From: Hemiscyllium ocellatum
Taxonomy: Eukaryota
Assembly: GCF_020745735.1 (NCBI RefSeq)
Contig: NC_083412.1
Location: forward strand, 59,486,320-59,550,319
Length of the DNA: 64,000 nucleotides
Direction of reading: 5' to 3'
Positions within the stretch are counted from its first letter, which is position 1, and every line of letters begins with the position of its first letter. The position numbers and the translations under genes were made by a program. Under the pieces are notes generated by a model. That model saw only the letters and a program-made list of their open reading frames with translations, was not told the DNA's origin and made no database searches. Positions 11,585 through 24,845 of this stretch are shown here, one piece after another.

Positions 11585-11879
11585 GTCAAAGGGCATGCTA
11601 CCATTGAAGCTTTTCACTGTTGAATAATTCTTCTATTCTTAAATGACTTGCAAAGCCTGTCCAAATGCAGGATAGTACTAGTACTGGTGTACTGGTTCAC
11701 ACTGAGCAGAGTGAGCTAATATGTGCTGTCAGAAAATATAAGAGCTAAAAGCAGGAATATGCAGTTCTTCCTTTCTAGTCGCTCTGCCATTTAGTATGAC
11801 CATAGGTGATCTCAACTCAGCCTCAATATTCTGTCCATGTCCCATAAGCCTTAAACCTGTAACTAATTAAAAATCAGTG

Positions 11880-12760
11880 TGTCTCATTTTTCAATTTATT
11901 CAGTTTCTAGACATTCACAGGCTGAGGTAAAACTGAGATGCGGAGAAACTACTTCTCTCAGTGAATCTGTGGAACCCACTGCCCCAGAGTGTATTCGATG
12001 CAGAATCAATTAACTGATTGAGGAAAGAAATTGATATGTTAGAACATAGAACATTACTGCATTGTACAGGCCCTTTGGCCCTCAATGTTGCGCCGATCTG
12101 TGGAACTAATCTGAAGCCCATCTGTCCTACACTATTCAATTTTCATCCATATGATTATTCAATGATCATTTAAATGCCCTTAAAGTTGGTGAGTCTACGA
12201 CTGTCGCAGGCAGTGCGTTCCATGTCCCTACTACTTTCTGAGTAAAGTACCTATAGAACATTACAGCACAGTACAGGCCCTTCGGCCCTTGTGTTTCTGA
12301 TGAAAAACGGGATAAATGTTTATGGCGAGCAGGCAGGAAAGTGGAATTGAGACCAGCATAAGATCAGCCATGATCATGTTATGTAGTGCAGTGGGCCCAA
12401 AGGGCTGAATTGCCTACCGCCGCTCTTAATTCCTATGTTTGTTTCTGTGTATGTGCCTATGTATGCTCCTATGTAATGAATTCCACAGATTCGCCACCCT
12501 TTAAGAGAAGTAATTCCTCCTCATCTCGTTTTAATCTGCTACCCCTTAACCTAAAGCTATGACCCTTCATTCTGGATTGTTTCCCATTCCCACTCCACTT
12601 CTACTGGTCAAACCTTTCTAACATCTCAACTAGTTCTCTTCCCATCCTTCTAAATTCTAGCGAGTTGAGCCTAAATTGCTTAGTCTCATCTCAAAAGATA
12701 AGCCTTTCACCTTTCGAATGGATCGAGTGAACCTTGGAACTGTGTCCAAAATAATTTTGA
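11880..12760 (-). mobile_element. Cluster of short CR1 3'-end fragments
   Basis: Repeated TAGAACAT...TACAG...CAGGCCCTTCGGCCC tails and CR1 3' coding remnants. Confidence 0.6.
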
Positions 12761-12837
12761 ACAATTTTCTGATATTTTAATTGATTTATTAAGCAGCAGT
12801 TTAGAAATGGTGCATTAGTGAATTAAAAAAGAAATTA

Positions 12838-13020
12838 GGCAGCATGATGGCACAGTAGTTAGCACTATTGCCTCATCACCAGGGACCAGGGTTCAGTCAC
12901 ATTGTCTGTGTGGAGGTCCCTTATTGGGTCTGTGTCTGTGTAGGTTTCCACCAAGTGTTCTGGTTTCATCCCACAATCTGAAGGTATGCAAATTAGGTGG
13001 ATTGGCTATACTGACTTATG
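12838..13020 (+). mobile_element. Degenerate HE1-type SINE
   Basis: GGCAGCATGATGGCACAGTAGTTAGCACT head and central domain. Confidence 0.65.
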
Positions 13021-13029
13021 AACATTATG

Positions 13030-14118
13030 AACAACTTATGAGGTATAGTTTCTAGATGACTAGATTGGAGGTGTAGTGGACAGTGAAGAAGGCTACCTCA
13101 GATTACAATGGGATCTTGATCAGGTGGGCCAATGGGCTGAGGAGTGGCAGATGGAGTTTAATTTAGATAAATGTGAGGTGATGCATTTTGGGAAAGCTAA
13201 TCTTAGCAAGACTTATACACTTAATGGACAAAGTGAGGACTAGAGATGCTGGAGATCAGAGCTGAAAATCTATTGCTGGAAAAGCGCAGCAGGTTCATGC
13301 CTGAAACGTTGATTCTCCTGCTCCTTGGATGCTGCCTGACCTGATGCGCTTTTCCAGCAACACATTTTCAGCTTATACACTTAATGGTAAGGTTCTTAGG
13401 AGTGTTGCTGAACAAAGAGACCTTGGAGTGCAGGGTCATAGCTTCTTGAAAGTAGAATCATAGGTAGGTAGGATAATGAAGAAGGTGTTTGGTATGCTTT
13501 CCTTTATTGGTCAGAGCATTGAGTACCGGAGTTGGGAGGTCTGATACAGGACGTTGCAGCTGTACAGGACGTTGGTTAGGTCACTTTTGGAATATTGCAT
13601 TACATCACATGCAATTCTGGTCTCCTTCCTATCAGAAGGATGTTGTGAAGCTTGAAAGGGTTCAGAAAAGTTTTACAAGGATATTGCCAGGGTTGGAGGA
13701 TTTGAGCTACAGGGAGAGGCTGAACAGGCTGGGGTTGTTTTCCCTGGAGCCTCATAGAGGTTTATAAATTCATGAGGTACATGGATAGGATAAATTGACA
13801 AAGTCTTTTCCCTGGGGTGAGGGAGTCCAGAACTAGAGGGCATAGGTCTAGGCTGAGAAGGGAAAGATATAAAAGGGACCTAAAGGGCAACGTTTTCACG
13901 CAGAGGATAGTATGGAATGAGCTGCCAGAGGAAGTGCTGGAGGCTGGTATAATTACAACATTTAAAAGGCATCTGGATGGGTATAAGAATGGGAAGGGTT
14001 TAGAGGGATATGGGCCAAGTGCTGGCAAATGAGACTAAATTAGGTTAGCTATCTGGTCAGTTTGGACGAGTTTGACCGAAGTGTTTGTTTCCATGTTGTT
14101 CATCTCTATGACTCTATA
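13030..14118 (+). mobile_element. 5'-truncated CR1 LINE (RT C-terminus and 3' UTR) carrying a Penelope fold-back insert
   Basis: WAEEWQMEF, QFWSPSYQKDVVKLERVQKSFTR, TRGH motifs; tail CTCTATGACTCTA. Confidence 0.85.
13228..13371. mobile_element. Short fold-back Penelope-derived insertion with 16-bp TSD
   Basis: CTTATACACTTAATGG at 13212-13227 and 13372-13387; inverted GCTGAAAA...CTGGAAAAGCGC arms. Confidence 0.8.
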
Positions 14119-14801
14119 AATTGCCCATAGTGTTCAGGGATTTTCAGGTTAGGTGAGTTAGCTATGGTAATTGTGGGGTTATGGGTATAGCATGGGAGGT
14201 TGGATCTGAGTGGGATCTGACCTTCAGAAAGGTCAGTACAGACTTGATGGGTTTCATGGCCTCTTTCTGCACTGTCAGATTTTACATGCTTTCAGTAAAA
14301 TACCTGCTACAAGTCACTTATTTATTTATTTCTTTTCTTTGCTCCTCACTATTCTCATTGACCCTGAAAGACTAAATCTTATGTCTCTGAATCTCTTGTC
14401 ATATATCTGATCACAGATCTTCCTTTGTCCTTGCTCACGCAGTTCTTGCTCAAATCCTATTACATTTCTCACTGTCTCACTTCTGATGGAAAGTCACAGA
14501 TAACTATTTTTATTAACCTGTTACAGTTCTCCAACATTTTCTGTTTTTATTCCACGTTTTCAGCACGCATAGTATTTTTCTTTCATAAAATGTCCCTCCT
14601 GATATCATCTCTGCATTCTGTCTTATTATTCCGAAGGTCGGGGGGTTTATCAGCTTTAGAATATTTCTGGTTTGTGGACTAAGAGCATGAGATAGAATGG
14701 CCTACAGAAACCTGTCAGCCAGCAACTTCCTGAAATTGATTTGTTATGTTATAACCAGTGTGTATTTTTCTTCAGTGCTTTCTTCTCTTCATTTTCTTTT
14801 T

Positions 14802-15108
14802 CGGCACAGTGGCTCAGTGGTTAGCACTGCTGCCTCACAGCACCAAGGTCCCAGGTTCAATTCCAGCCTTGGGCGACTGTCTGTGGGGAGTTTGCACATT
14901 TTCCCCGTGTCTGCATGGGTTTCCTCCAGGTGCTCTGGTTTTCTCCCACAGTCCAAAGATGTGCAGTTTAGGTGAATTAGCCGTGTTAAATTGCCCATAG
15001 TGCTAGATGCATTAGTCAGAGGGAAATGGGTCTGGGTGGGTTACTCTTCGGAGGGTCGGTGTGGACTAGTTGGGCCGAAGGGCCTGTTTCCACACTGTAG
15101 GGAATCTA
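14802..15108 (+). mobile_element. HE1-type SINE
   Basis: GGCACAGTGGCTCAGTGGTTAGCACTGCTGCCTCACAGC head, GGTTCAATTCC B-box-like motif, GAAGGGCCTGTTTCCACACTGTAGGGA tail. Confidence 0.88.
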
Positions 15109-15169
15109 TTCTTTTGCATTCCCTTCTTGCAAGAGAGAGAATTTAGAAATCCCATGTCTATAGGCCCTA

Positions 15170-15790
15170 ATTCATAGAACATATTATGTTTGTAATTTTG
15201 GAGAAGATCAGCAGTCTGCCGATTCCTGCACAACAGATTGAAACAGGAAGACACAACATGCTCACAGCCATCCTGCCATACTTCAAGGACATTTTGGAGA
15301 TGACGACCAGACTACTCCAGCCCTTGGGCATCATGGGAGCCCACAAACCTACCACCACACTGAAACAGCTCCAGATGAATTTAAAGGATGCCATACCAAC
15401 AACCAGCAGAATGAACGTCATACACAAAGTACCATGACTGCAACAAACATTACATTGGACAGACAGGCAGGAAACTAGCCACCAGGATATGTGAACACCA
15501 ATTCGCCACTAAAAGACATGATCAGCTACCACTTGTATCCTTACACAGAGATAATGAGGGACACCAGTTCGATTGGGACAATACATCCATCCTGGGACAG
15601 GCTAAACAAAGACACAAACATTCAAACTGGAACTCCATTAACAAACACATTGATTTGAATCCCATTTACCAACCTCTTAGAAAAAGAACTGGAAATGATA
15701 TCACCCACCATAATAGACCAAGACACATAAATAGCAACCAAAACAGTACACTGTCTGAGAACAAATCTTCCAGCTCAGTGAGTAAACTTA
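15170..15790 (+). mobile_element. Penelope-like GIY-YIG endonuclease remnant (family B)
   Basis: LPYFKDILEMTTRLLQPLGI..AHKP, NVIHKVP, YIGQTGRKL..R..EH motifs. Confidence 0.75.
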
Positions 15791-15934
15791 CAACCTGAAC
15801 TACAATCTGAGCTTTAAATCTTTACAAAAGTTGCAAACCAAGGGAATCCATATCTGAATTTTTGACAAGGTTAAGATAACTGACAGGCATGTGATTTTGA
15901 ATTAACCCTTAGTGAGATGCTGAGGGAATGTTTG

Positions 15935-17460
15935 GTATAGAACAATGAACATAGAAAAGTACAGCAAGAACAGGCCCTTTGGCCCATGATGGTGTGCCGA
16001 GATTTAATCCTAATGTAAAATACAGTAACAACCTACGCACCCCTCAACTCACTGCTATTCATGTGCATGTCCAGCAATCACTTAAATGTCCCCAATGACT
16101 CTGCTTCCACCACCACCACCGCTGGTAACGCATTCCATGCATTCACAACTCTCTGTGTAAAAAACCTACCTCTGACATCTCCTTTATACCTTCCTCCTAA
16201 TATTTCAAACTATGACTCCTCGTACTAGCCAATCATGCCCTGGGGAAAAGTCTCTCAATATTGACTCTATCTATTCCTCTCATTATTTTGGACACCTCTA
16301 TCAGGTCTCCTCTCTTCCTCCTTCTCTCCAGAGAGAAAAGTCTGAGCTTATTCAACCTTTCTTCATAAGGCAAGCCCCCCAGTCCAGGCAGCATCCTGGT
16401 AAACCTTCTTTGCACCCTTTCCAAACCCTCTGTATCTTTCCTATAGTAGGGTGACCAGAACTGTACACAATATTCCAAGTGTGGCCTCACCAGGGACTTG
16501 TAGAGCTGCAGCAAAACCTCACAGCTCTTAAACTCAATCCCCCTGTTAATGAAAGCCAAAACACCATATGCTTTCTTAACAACCCTATCCACTTGGGTGG
16601 CAACTTTGAGGGATGTATGTACTTGCATGCCCAGATCCCTCTGTTCCTCCACATTGCCAAGAATCCTGTCTTTAATCCTATATTCAGCATTCGAGTTCAA
16701 CCTTCCAAAATGCATCACTTCGCATTTATCCAGGCTGAACTCCATCTGCCATTTCTCAGTCCAGCTCTGCATCCTGTCTATATTGCGCTGCAGCCTGCAG
16801 TACCCTCTATACTATACTACCTCCAACCTTTCTGTCATCTGCAAATTTACTAACCCACCCCTCAACCTCCTCATCCAAGTCGTTTATAAAAACTACAAAG
16901 AGCAGATGCCCAAGTACAGACCCCTGTGGGACCCCACTCAACACTGTCCTCCAGGCAGAATACTTTCCATCTACAACCACTCTCTGCCTTCTGTCAGCCG
17001 GCCAATTCTGAATCCAGACAGCTAAATCTCCCTGTATCCCATACTTCCTGACATTATGGATGAACCTACCATTGGGAACCCTATCGAATGCCTTGCTGAA
17101 ATCCACATGCACCACATCCACTGCTCAACCATCAACCTGTCTTGGCACCTCCTCAAAGAATAAGATTTGTGAGGCATGACCTGCCCCTCACAAAGCCATG
17201 CTGACTGCCTTTAATCACACTATGCTTTGCCAAATAGTCATAAATCCTATCCCTCAGAATTCTTTCAAAAACTTTGCTGACCACAGATGTAAGACTGACT
17301 GGTCTGTAATTGCCAGAAATTTCCCTATTACCCTTCTTGAAAAGAGAAATAACATTCGTCTCCTTCCAATCCTCCAGTACGACTCCCGTGGAGAGTGAGG
17401 AGGCAAAGATCCTCACCAGTGGCTAAGTAACCTCCTTTCTCGCTTCCTGGAGCAGCCTAG
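15935..17460 (-). mobile_element. Frameshifted CR1 LINE RT region with 3' tail
   Basis: ORFs 17153-17416, 16807-17121 and 16233-16772 give consecutive CR1 RT motifs (YRPVSLTSV, DFSKAFD, GVPQGSVLG, FADD). Confidence 0.92.
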
Positions 17461-17524
17461 GATAAATCAGTCTTATCAATCTTAATGTTTTCCAAAATTT
17501 CTAGCACATCAACTTCAAGCTGTC

Positions 17525-17635
17525 CTTTGAAGCTGGACATAAGCCACACTTATCTGCAATTGCAACTAGATGAGGAATCCAAGGTGTACATCACAATTAA
17601 TACCCATGAGGGTTTGTACCAATGGCATTTGACTG
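17525..17635 (+). mobile_element. Gypsy LTR-retrotransposon RT fragment
   Basis: KLDISHTYLQLQLDEESKVYITINTHEGLYQ matches the Gypsy RT pattern KLDL..AY.Q..LDEES.....INTH.GLYQ. Confidence 0.7.
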
Positions 17636-17924
17636 CACTCTTTTCCAGCGAACCATTTTGCAATAATGCCAATACCTACATGATGTAAAAGTAATTTAAT
17701 TGCCTCAGTGAAAATTAAACCAAGACCGAGCCTGTGCTCTAAATTGTGAATATTTCTGAGTAAGTCCTTTATTCTATGACATGGATCGAATATTATCATT
17801 AGGTAGAAGTTTGTTTTTATACATGTATCCCTGATTACTTTTTATTATAATATTATTCTTATTTCTGTAATTAAGGAAGACAACAAATTGTGTAAGCTTA
17901 TAAAATGATTGTAGGAGATTTTTC

Positions 17925-18260
17925 TTTATTCAAGGAGTGCCAGTGTTGTTGGGTAGGTCAGTCAATCATTAACCATCCCTAATTTCCCAGAGGGCAATTA
18001 AGAGACAAAAACATTTTTGTGTGTCTGGAGTCACGTGTAGGCCAGATCAGGTAGAGACAGTAGATTTCCTTCCTTAACATCAGTGAACCATATGGGTTTT
18101 TATAACTGACAGTAACCACATGGTTGCCATTAGGCTAACTTTTAATTCCAGATTATATTCATAGTTTGCCACCTGCCATAATAGGATTCAGACCTGTGTC
18201 CCCAGGACATTGGCCTTGGTTTCTGGATTGCTAGTCCATTGACATTACCACAACATCACC
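17925..18260 (-). mobile_element. Second tRNA-derived SINE family; another copy at about 39690-40005
   Basis: Shared CTGGAGTCAC.TGTAGG.CAGA.CAGGTA core and GGATT.GAA.C.GGGTCCCC B-box-like end in both copies. Confidence 0.6.
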
Positions 18261-18839
18261 TGTTCAAGTTACTCCTGGAGCAGTGTTTTGTGTGACAGAA
18301 ATCATTTGGATTTTCTGATCTCAAGGATGCATTCCCTACTTCGTGTTCGATTCATATAAGACTCTGCACTTTTATCTCTTGTCTAATCATTTTGGATATT
18401 TGTTTCTGTGATTTTATTATTCTTGTGATTATTTTTTGACGCAAAAGATGCTTGAAATAAAGTTCAAATATCTAGGAAACATTGGTTGAATTTTCACTTG
18501 CCTTCTGCAAAATCTTTTGTCTCATTTATTTCTGCTGTATCCTCATTTATGATATTATTTTCTTACCTCTCATTTCCTGGAAAGCACTTGGTGCTTTAAG
18601 ATGTACCAGGTAAGTCAGTTTCAGCAGTTGAGGCGTGAATGGGATTGTCTTGGAAATGAGAAGATAATTGTGTTGGGCAGCGCCGACGGCAACTTCTGTC
18701 TTAACGCTTTGATGAATACATGTTCAGGATGGCAGTTGTTTCCTGTAACCTTTGAAAATTCTATAAAAGTGTTTCAAATTGTGTTCACGTTTTGATTTAT
18801 TTGTAAATGCTTGCAGACCTTCAGTAAGAGGATTTTCCC

Positions 18840-20190
18840 ATTTAGAAACTTTGCAATAACTTACTCACAGATGCTCAATTCGGCATCTATCAGGATTGCT
18901 CAGCTACTGACTTCATTGCGACAAAGCTGAACTCCAGAGGGGAGGTGAGAATAACTGACCTTGACATCAAGGCTGCTTTTGGCATCCAGGGGCCTGAGCA
19001 AAATCTGAGTCAGTGGGAATCAGGAGAAAATCTCTCTGCTGATTGGAGTCGTACCAGACGTAAAGGAAGATGATTGTGCTGGTTAGAGGTCAGTCATCTT
19101 ATTATCTCCAGGGTATTTATGCAGGAGTTCCTTAGGGTAGTGTCCTAGGCTGAACCATCTTCAGTTCCTTCTTTAATGGCCGTCCCTCCATCATTAAATC
19201 TGAAATGGGCATGTTTGCTAATGATATTCAACACTATTTTCAACTGACCTGATTGAAGCAGTCTATATCCAAATATTATGAGTCCTGGATAATATCCAGT
19301 CCATGAGCTGACAAGTGGCAAGTAAAATTTGTGCTTCACAAAGCATCAGCCTTCTACAACAAGAAAATTTAACCATCGTCCCTTGACATGTGAAAACATT
19401 ACTATCGCTAATTCTCCCACTGTCAACATTCCAGGTTACCATTGACCAAAACCTGAATTGGACTCTAAATCCTATGGCTGCAGGCTACACTTGTGATACT
19501 GAAGCATTCAAAGGTACAGATCAAGTGCTGAAAAATGGGATTAGATTAGTTAGGTGGATGTTTTTGACTAGTACAGACTCAATGAGCTGAAGGAAGGGTC
19601 TTTTAATATAAAACTGTACAATTCTAAGAGCAGGCCACAAACTAAGAATCTTGCAACAAATAATTCACCTCCTGACTCCCAAAGCCTGCATACTGCCTGC
19701 AAAGCTCAAGTCAGGAATATAGTGAATTATATTCCACTTGACTGGATGAGGGTAGCTCCACAGCACTCAAGGTATTTGATACCATCCATAACAAAACAGC
19801 CTGTTTAATCCACACCAAATCCTCAAACATTTGCTCTGACCACCACCAACACTCAAAAGCGGTGTATCATCTGCAAGATGTACTTCAGAAATCTACGTTG
19901 GCTCCTTAAATAGTGCCTTTCATACTACAAACCAGCCAACTAGAAGGACAAGGGCAGCAAAACACCACCACATACAAGTTTCCTTCCAAGACTTGGCATC
20001 CTAACTTGAAAAGATATCTTTCCTTCAATACCACTGGGTCAAAAACCTGGATCTCTCTAATGTCATTGTGAGTGCCCCTACACTGAGTGGACTGCAGCAG
20101 TTCAAGAAGGCAGATCACTACCACCATCTTGTGGGGAACTAGGGATGGGCAATAAATGCTGGTTCAGCCAATAAGGCCACAAGCCCTCAA
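18840..20190 (+). mobile_element. Old non-LTR retrotransposon RT and 3' end (CR1/L2-group, distinct from the young CR1s); related remnants at about 32700-32850, 36480-36920 and 55030-55740
   Basis: LDIKAAF, GVP.GSVLG-like and FA.D-like remnants; 3' end AACTAGGGATGGGCAATAAATGCTGG. Confidence 0.65.
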
Positions 20191-20632
20191 TGATTGAAGA
20201 CAAAAACGTGTTACCAAACTTTATACTCGCAGCCCCTCAAACAACACCCATGATGCTGTGCAATTCTATTTAAAATGTTTTAAGTCAGTAAGCAGATTCA
20301 GATGAGCAGGTGGTATTTTTGAACAGATTAGTCAACTATTAGCTAAAAATGTACAATCTGCTATTTTTCCCAGTAAATTGTTTTATGTAAAATGATGAAT
20401 TGACAGAATGGAAACTAATATATCACTTTTTAAACATTCAGAAAGATACCTTGACATGATTATTAATTGGGTTGCCTTTCAATGAAACCTTTCCTTGAAA
20501 TCTTCAGTTTCTTCCCAAAATATAGGTTTGATGAGATTGCAATGTGTGATTCACCTGTCTATTGATTCAAAATGTAGGCAGCATGCCAACATCAAAGATG
20601 TGAGCATATAGCTAGCATGTATATTGAGAGAC

Positions 20633-20935
20633 AATAGACAATAGGTACAGGAGTAGGCCATTCTGCCCTTCGAGCCTGCACCACTATTCAATATGATCAG
20701 GGCTGATCATCCTTAATCAATATCCTGTTCCTGCCTTATCTCTATAACCTTTGATTCCACTATCCTTGAGAGCTCTATCAAACTCTTTCTTAAATGAATT
20801 CAGAGACTGGGCCTCCACTGCCCTCTGGGGCAGAGCATTCCACACAGCCACCACTCTCTGGGTGAAGAAGTTTCTCCTCATTTCTGTCCTAAATGGTCTA
20901 CCCCATATGTTTAAGCTGTGTCCTCTGGTTCAAAC
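20633..20935 (-). mobile_element. CR1 3'-end fragment
   Basis: (ACAATAG)2 tail, GGAGTAGGCCATTCTGCCCTTCGAGCC 3' UTR and TRGHSL-type coding end on the minus strand. Confidence 0.75.
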
Positions 20936-21954
20936 TATCATGAATGACTTGCATTACTTAAATGAGAAGTGCATTGTGACTTGAACAGGAGTTGGGTGTT
21001 ATTTCTAATTGTCAACTGGGAGAAAGAAATCAGCAAATGAAAGAAGGGAATGGGCATCCCAGTTTTGTGATCCATCACTGAGCTTTCCTCAGAAAGAGCA
21101 GAAGGAATTCCAGACACAAGATGAGAAGGCAGTGGGATCAGATAACAATGGAGGTCAATTGCAGAAGTCAAGCCTAAGGACCTACGTGCTGTGCTAAAAT
21201 GCACTTAATGATCTGAGAAAAGTTTCAGCATCAGTGATTTTATTCTGATACAATTGTCCAGTCCCCATCGCTCACCAATAATTTATATTTACGTTTCATC
21301 TCACCCTCACATTCTTAGCACCATTGCACATCTCAAACACATAATTCTTAGCTTACACACACTGCCAACTGTTTAACCAGAACAGTTACAATACAACCTT
21401 GCCCTGCTGTGAAAGTTTTGTGGCTGCAACTGTTGGCAGATATCAGTTACAATCTCTTTGGTGAAGTACAGACATCTCAAACTTTGCTCATAAAGTTCAG
21501 GCAGATGAAATACGGGTATAATATCACAGTTCCTTCTATTTAAAAACGGTAATGGACCTAAAACTAGAGACACAGGAAGCTGCTCATAATGTATGTTAGA
21601 CATTACATAACTTATGCACGTGCACCAAAACAATTTTTGTGAAAGTTATCATAGTGTTGAGCTTTCTACAGGTCAGGCCCCTTTCAAACAGCTACAGGGG
21701 ATCTTTGTGGCAAAAACACCCGAAAAAGACATAGAATTGTATGAAAGGCTTTGACCCAGAAACAAGGAAGATTTACAATTTTAAAAGATCTATAGAATCT
21801 GTAATTTTATTGAATAATGTTTGATAGAACTTTTAAAGAGTTTGTATTAATTGCAAAAGTATCAAATGTAATTTTCATGATCAGTAGGAAATATTGCATG
21901 AAAATATTGGTCTAAGAGACCTGGTGATCCTTGACCTGGAAACAGTACCAATGT

Positions 21955-23750
21955 ATCAACATATAAATTAGGTGTAGGCCCCTGGATCCTGAGAACATGC
22001 TCTGCCATTCAATAAGATGGTGGCTGATCTGATTACTTCACTAACATGCCCATGCCCATAGCAATTCCATCCCTTTGCTTTTCAAGAATTTACCTATCTC
22101 TGAAATTAAAATATTCAAAGATTCTGTTTTCACCACCAATGGATGATGAGAATTCCAAAGATTCTCAACCCTTTGTGAGAAAGTATTTTTCTTAATCTCT
22201 GCCTGTAAGTGTGACTCCTTATTTTAACATTGGTGCCTAGTTGTAGATTCCTGTCAGGATCGTATGTTTCAAGAAAGTCACCTCTTACACTTCTAAATTC
22301 CAGTGAATATGCATTTAGCCTATTTAACCTCTCATCTAAAACAACCTACACATTTAAGGGATGAGTGTGATAAAAAAAATCTGAATTATTTCAATAAATT
22401 TACATCCTTCCTTCAACAAGGAGGTTAATACTGTACACAGTACTGCAATATGGTTTCACCAATTCTATATAAAACTGAATCATGGCCACCCTAAATCTGC
22501 ATTCAATCCCCCTTGCAATAAACAACAGCAGTGTTAGCTTTCCTAGTTACTTATATCATACTAATGTTCTGGATCACTCAGATCTGTTTTCACCTCAGAG
22601 CTCTGAAGTTTCTCATCAGTTAGACAATAGCCAGTTTTATTATGAACAACAAAAGAGTACATGAGAAACACAACAGGTCTGGCAGCATCTATGGAGAGAA
22701 ATGACTAGATTAGATTCCCTACAGTATAGAAACAGGCCCTTCGGCCCAACAAGTCTACACTGACTCTCCAAAGAGTAACCAACCCAGACCCATTCCCTGA
22801 CGCTACATTTATCCCTGACTAATGCACCTAACACTATTGGAAATTTAGCATGGCCAATTCACCTAACCTGCACATCTTTTGATTTTGGGAGGAAACCCAC
22901 GCAGACACGAGGAGAACGTGCAAACTCCATGCAGTCACCCGAGGCCGGGTCATTGGCGCTGTGAGGCAGCAGTGCTAACCACTGAGCCACTGCGCCACCT
23001 GTTAATAAGCAATAACATTTCAAACCAATATGACTCTTTTACAGATTTTATAAATCACATTGGAATAATAGTGGATTTCACATTTTCATGCATTATACTT
23101 TACTTGCCAAATTATTGTTCACTGTCTCTATATCTCTTTGTAGCCTACATATGTTCAATTGAAAACTCATTTTCCAACTAGTTTTGTGCCATCCTCAAAC
23201 TTAACCATATCACCATCCCAGCTATTTATATACATTGTAAATAGTTGATGTCCCAGCACTGATCGCTATGGTATGCTGCTCACTACAACTTACCCAAAAA
23301 AAATCTGTTTATGACTACTTTCTGGTTCCTGTTAGCTAACCAATCTTCTATCCATACCAACATGTAACCCCTTGCACTATGAACTTTATTTTCCAAAATA
23401 CCATCTGGAAATCTAAATACAATGCATCGAACAATTTCCCTTTATCCACAGCAAATATAATTTCTTAAAAGTATTCCAAATAATTTGGTTAAACATGATT
23501 TCCTTCCACAAACTGATATTCACTCTGTTCAATTGCCTCAATGATTTGTACTGCTTTGCTGTAGTGTCATGAATAATAATTTCTTACATTATCCCAATGA
23601 TGTTAGGCTAACTGGCCTGTAGTTCATGATCTTTGTCTATCCCCAAATAAAGGTGTTGCATTTGCTATTTTCCAACCTAACAGAATGTTCTCTGAATCTC
23701 GAGAATTAATTAAAACCATTATCAACTATCTCACTTCCACTTCTTCTAAG
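21955..23750 (-). mobile_element. Highly decayed CR1 fragments interrupted by an HE1 SINE
   Basis: Scattered RT remnant motifs on the minus strand. Confidence 0.5.
22705..22998 (-). mobile_element. HE1-type SINE
   Basis: Reverse complement of GGTGGCGCAGTGGCTCAGTGGTTAGCACTGC head; TAGATTAGATTCCCTACAG tail. Confidence 0.85.
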
Positions 23751-23971
23751 ACTCTGTGTTTGGGAAGAAGTAAGTTATTCGGAGAATTAAACACTTGCAG
23801 GGTCCAATTTAGACATAATGCATCACACAAGCCTTGAGTATTGGCAAATTTATTTGTGATATCACAGGGAGAAACGAGACCAGCTTGATCAGATGGTCCC
23901 AAGTCAATCCAACGGAATACAGATAGTCACGAGATTTTATAGGTTACAATTAAAAAAAAACTTTTTTTAAG

Positions 23972-24232
23972 ATTAGATCACTTACAGTGTGGAATAAGGC
24001 CCTTTGTCCCAACTTGCAACCCACCCCCTACATTTACCCCTTCACCGAACACCACGGGCACTTCACCTAGCTTTTTTTGACTGTGGGAGGAAACCAGAGC
24101 ACCCAGAGGAAACCCACACAGACACAGGGAGAATGTGTAAACTCCACACAGTCAGTTACCTGAGGTGGGAATTGAACCAGGGTCTCTGGTGCTGTGAGGC
24201 AGCAATGCTAACCACTGTGCCACTGTGCCACC
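23972..24232 (-). mobile_element. HE1-type SINE
   Basis: Head at about 24200-24232 and tail at about 23972-24010, same family as 22705-22998. Confidence 0.85.
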
Positions 24233-24845
24233 CAATTAGCAGACTGTTAGTTACAGAATAATGAGTAGGCATAAGGCAACTTGCTCAGCATTAGTTCCAG
24301 TCAGGTAGCGACTGGACCGTGTCAGTTAGTAGCTGATAAGCAGGTGTTAGTATATAACAGATCCTTGCAAAGAGAAGAATGGCTTCATGCAAAGAGATGA
24401 ATTTGTTTATCAGGTGTCTGCACAGCTGCAAGGCCAACCATCTCAGGCAGGCATGGAAACAAGCTGTCTACCTATGTAAGGCAAAATGGTTTCCACATAT
24501 TAATATGTGACAAAATGGCTTCCACAATTCTCCCACATTCTGGATATGTCTATCAAGACTCAAGGACACTGAACCTGCAACTCCAAAGATTTCCTCAGTA
24601 CCCCTTCCCTAGTAAGTTGTAAGATAGATGGAAAAGACAATGGACAGGTCAAGAGGGCAATGCCAAGTTGGAGGCTTGGGACTGGGATAAGGTGAGGGGG
24701 GAGGGGAAATGAGGAAACTGGTGAAATCCACAGGAAATGACTTCACCACAGGAAATAACAACACCAACCCAAAGAAACCCAAACATATAAATAGAAAGCA
24801 GGAATCATGTACAGTGCTTCGCCTGAGGCCCATTGAAGATGTTAG

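Noticed and set aside
18476-18609. Hydrophobic Cys-rich frame ending at a strong CAG|GTAAGT donor, as the missing B7-like TM exon
   Set aside because: Phases are 0 and 2, incompatible with the phase 1 end of the C exon; T-rich DNA translates as hydrophobic by default.
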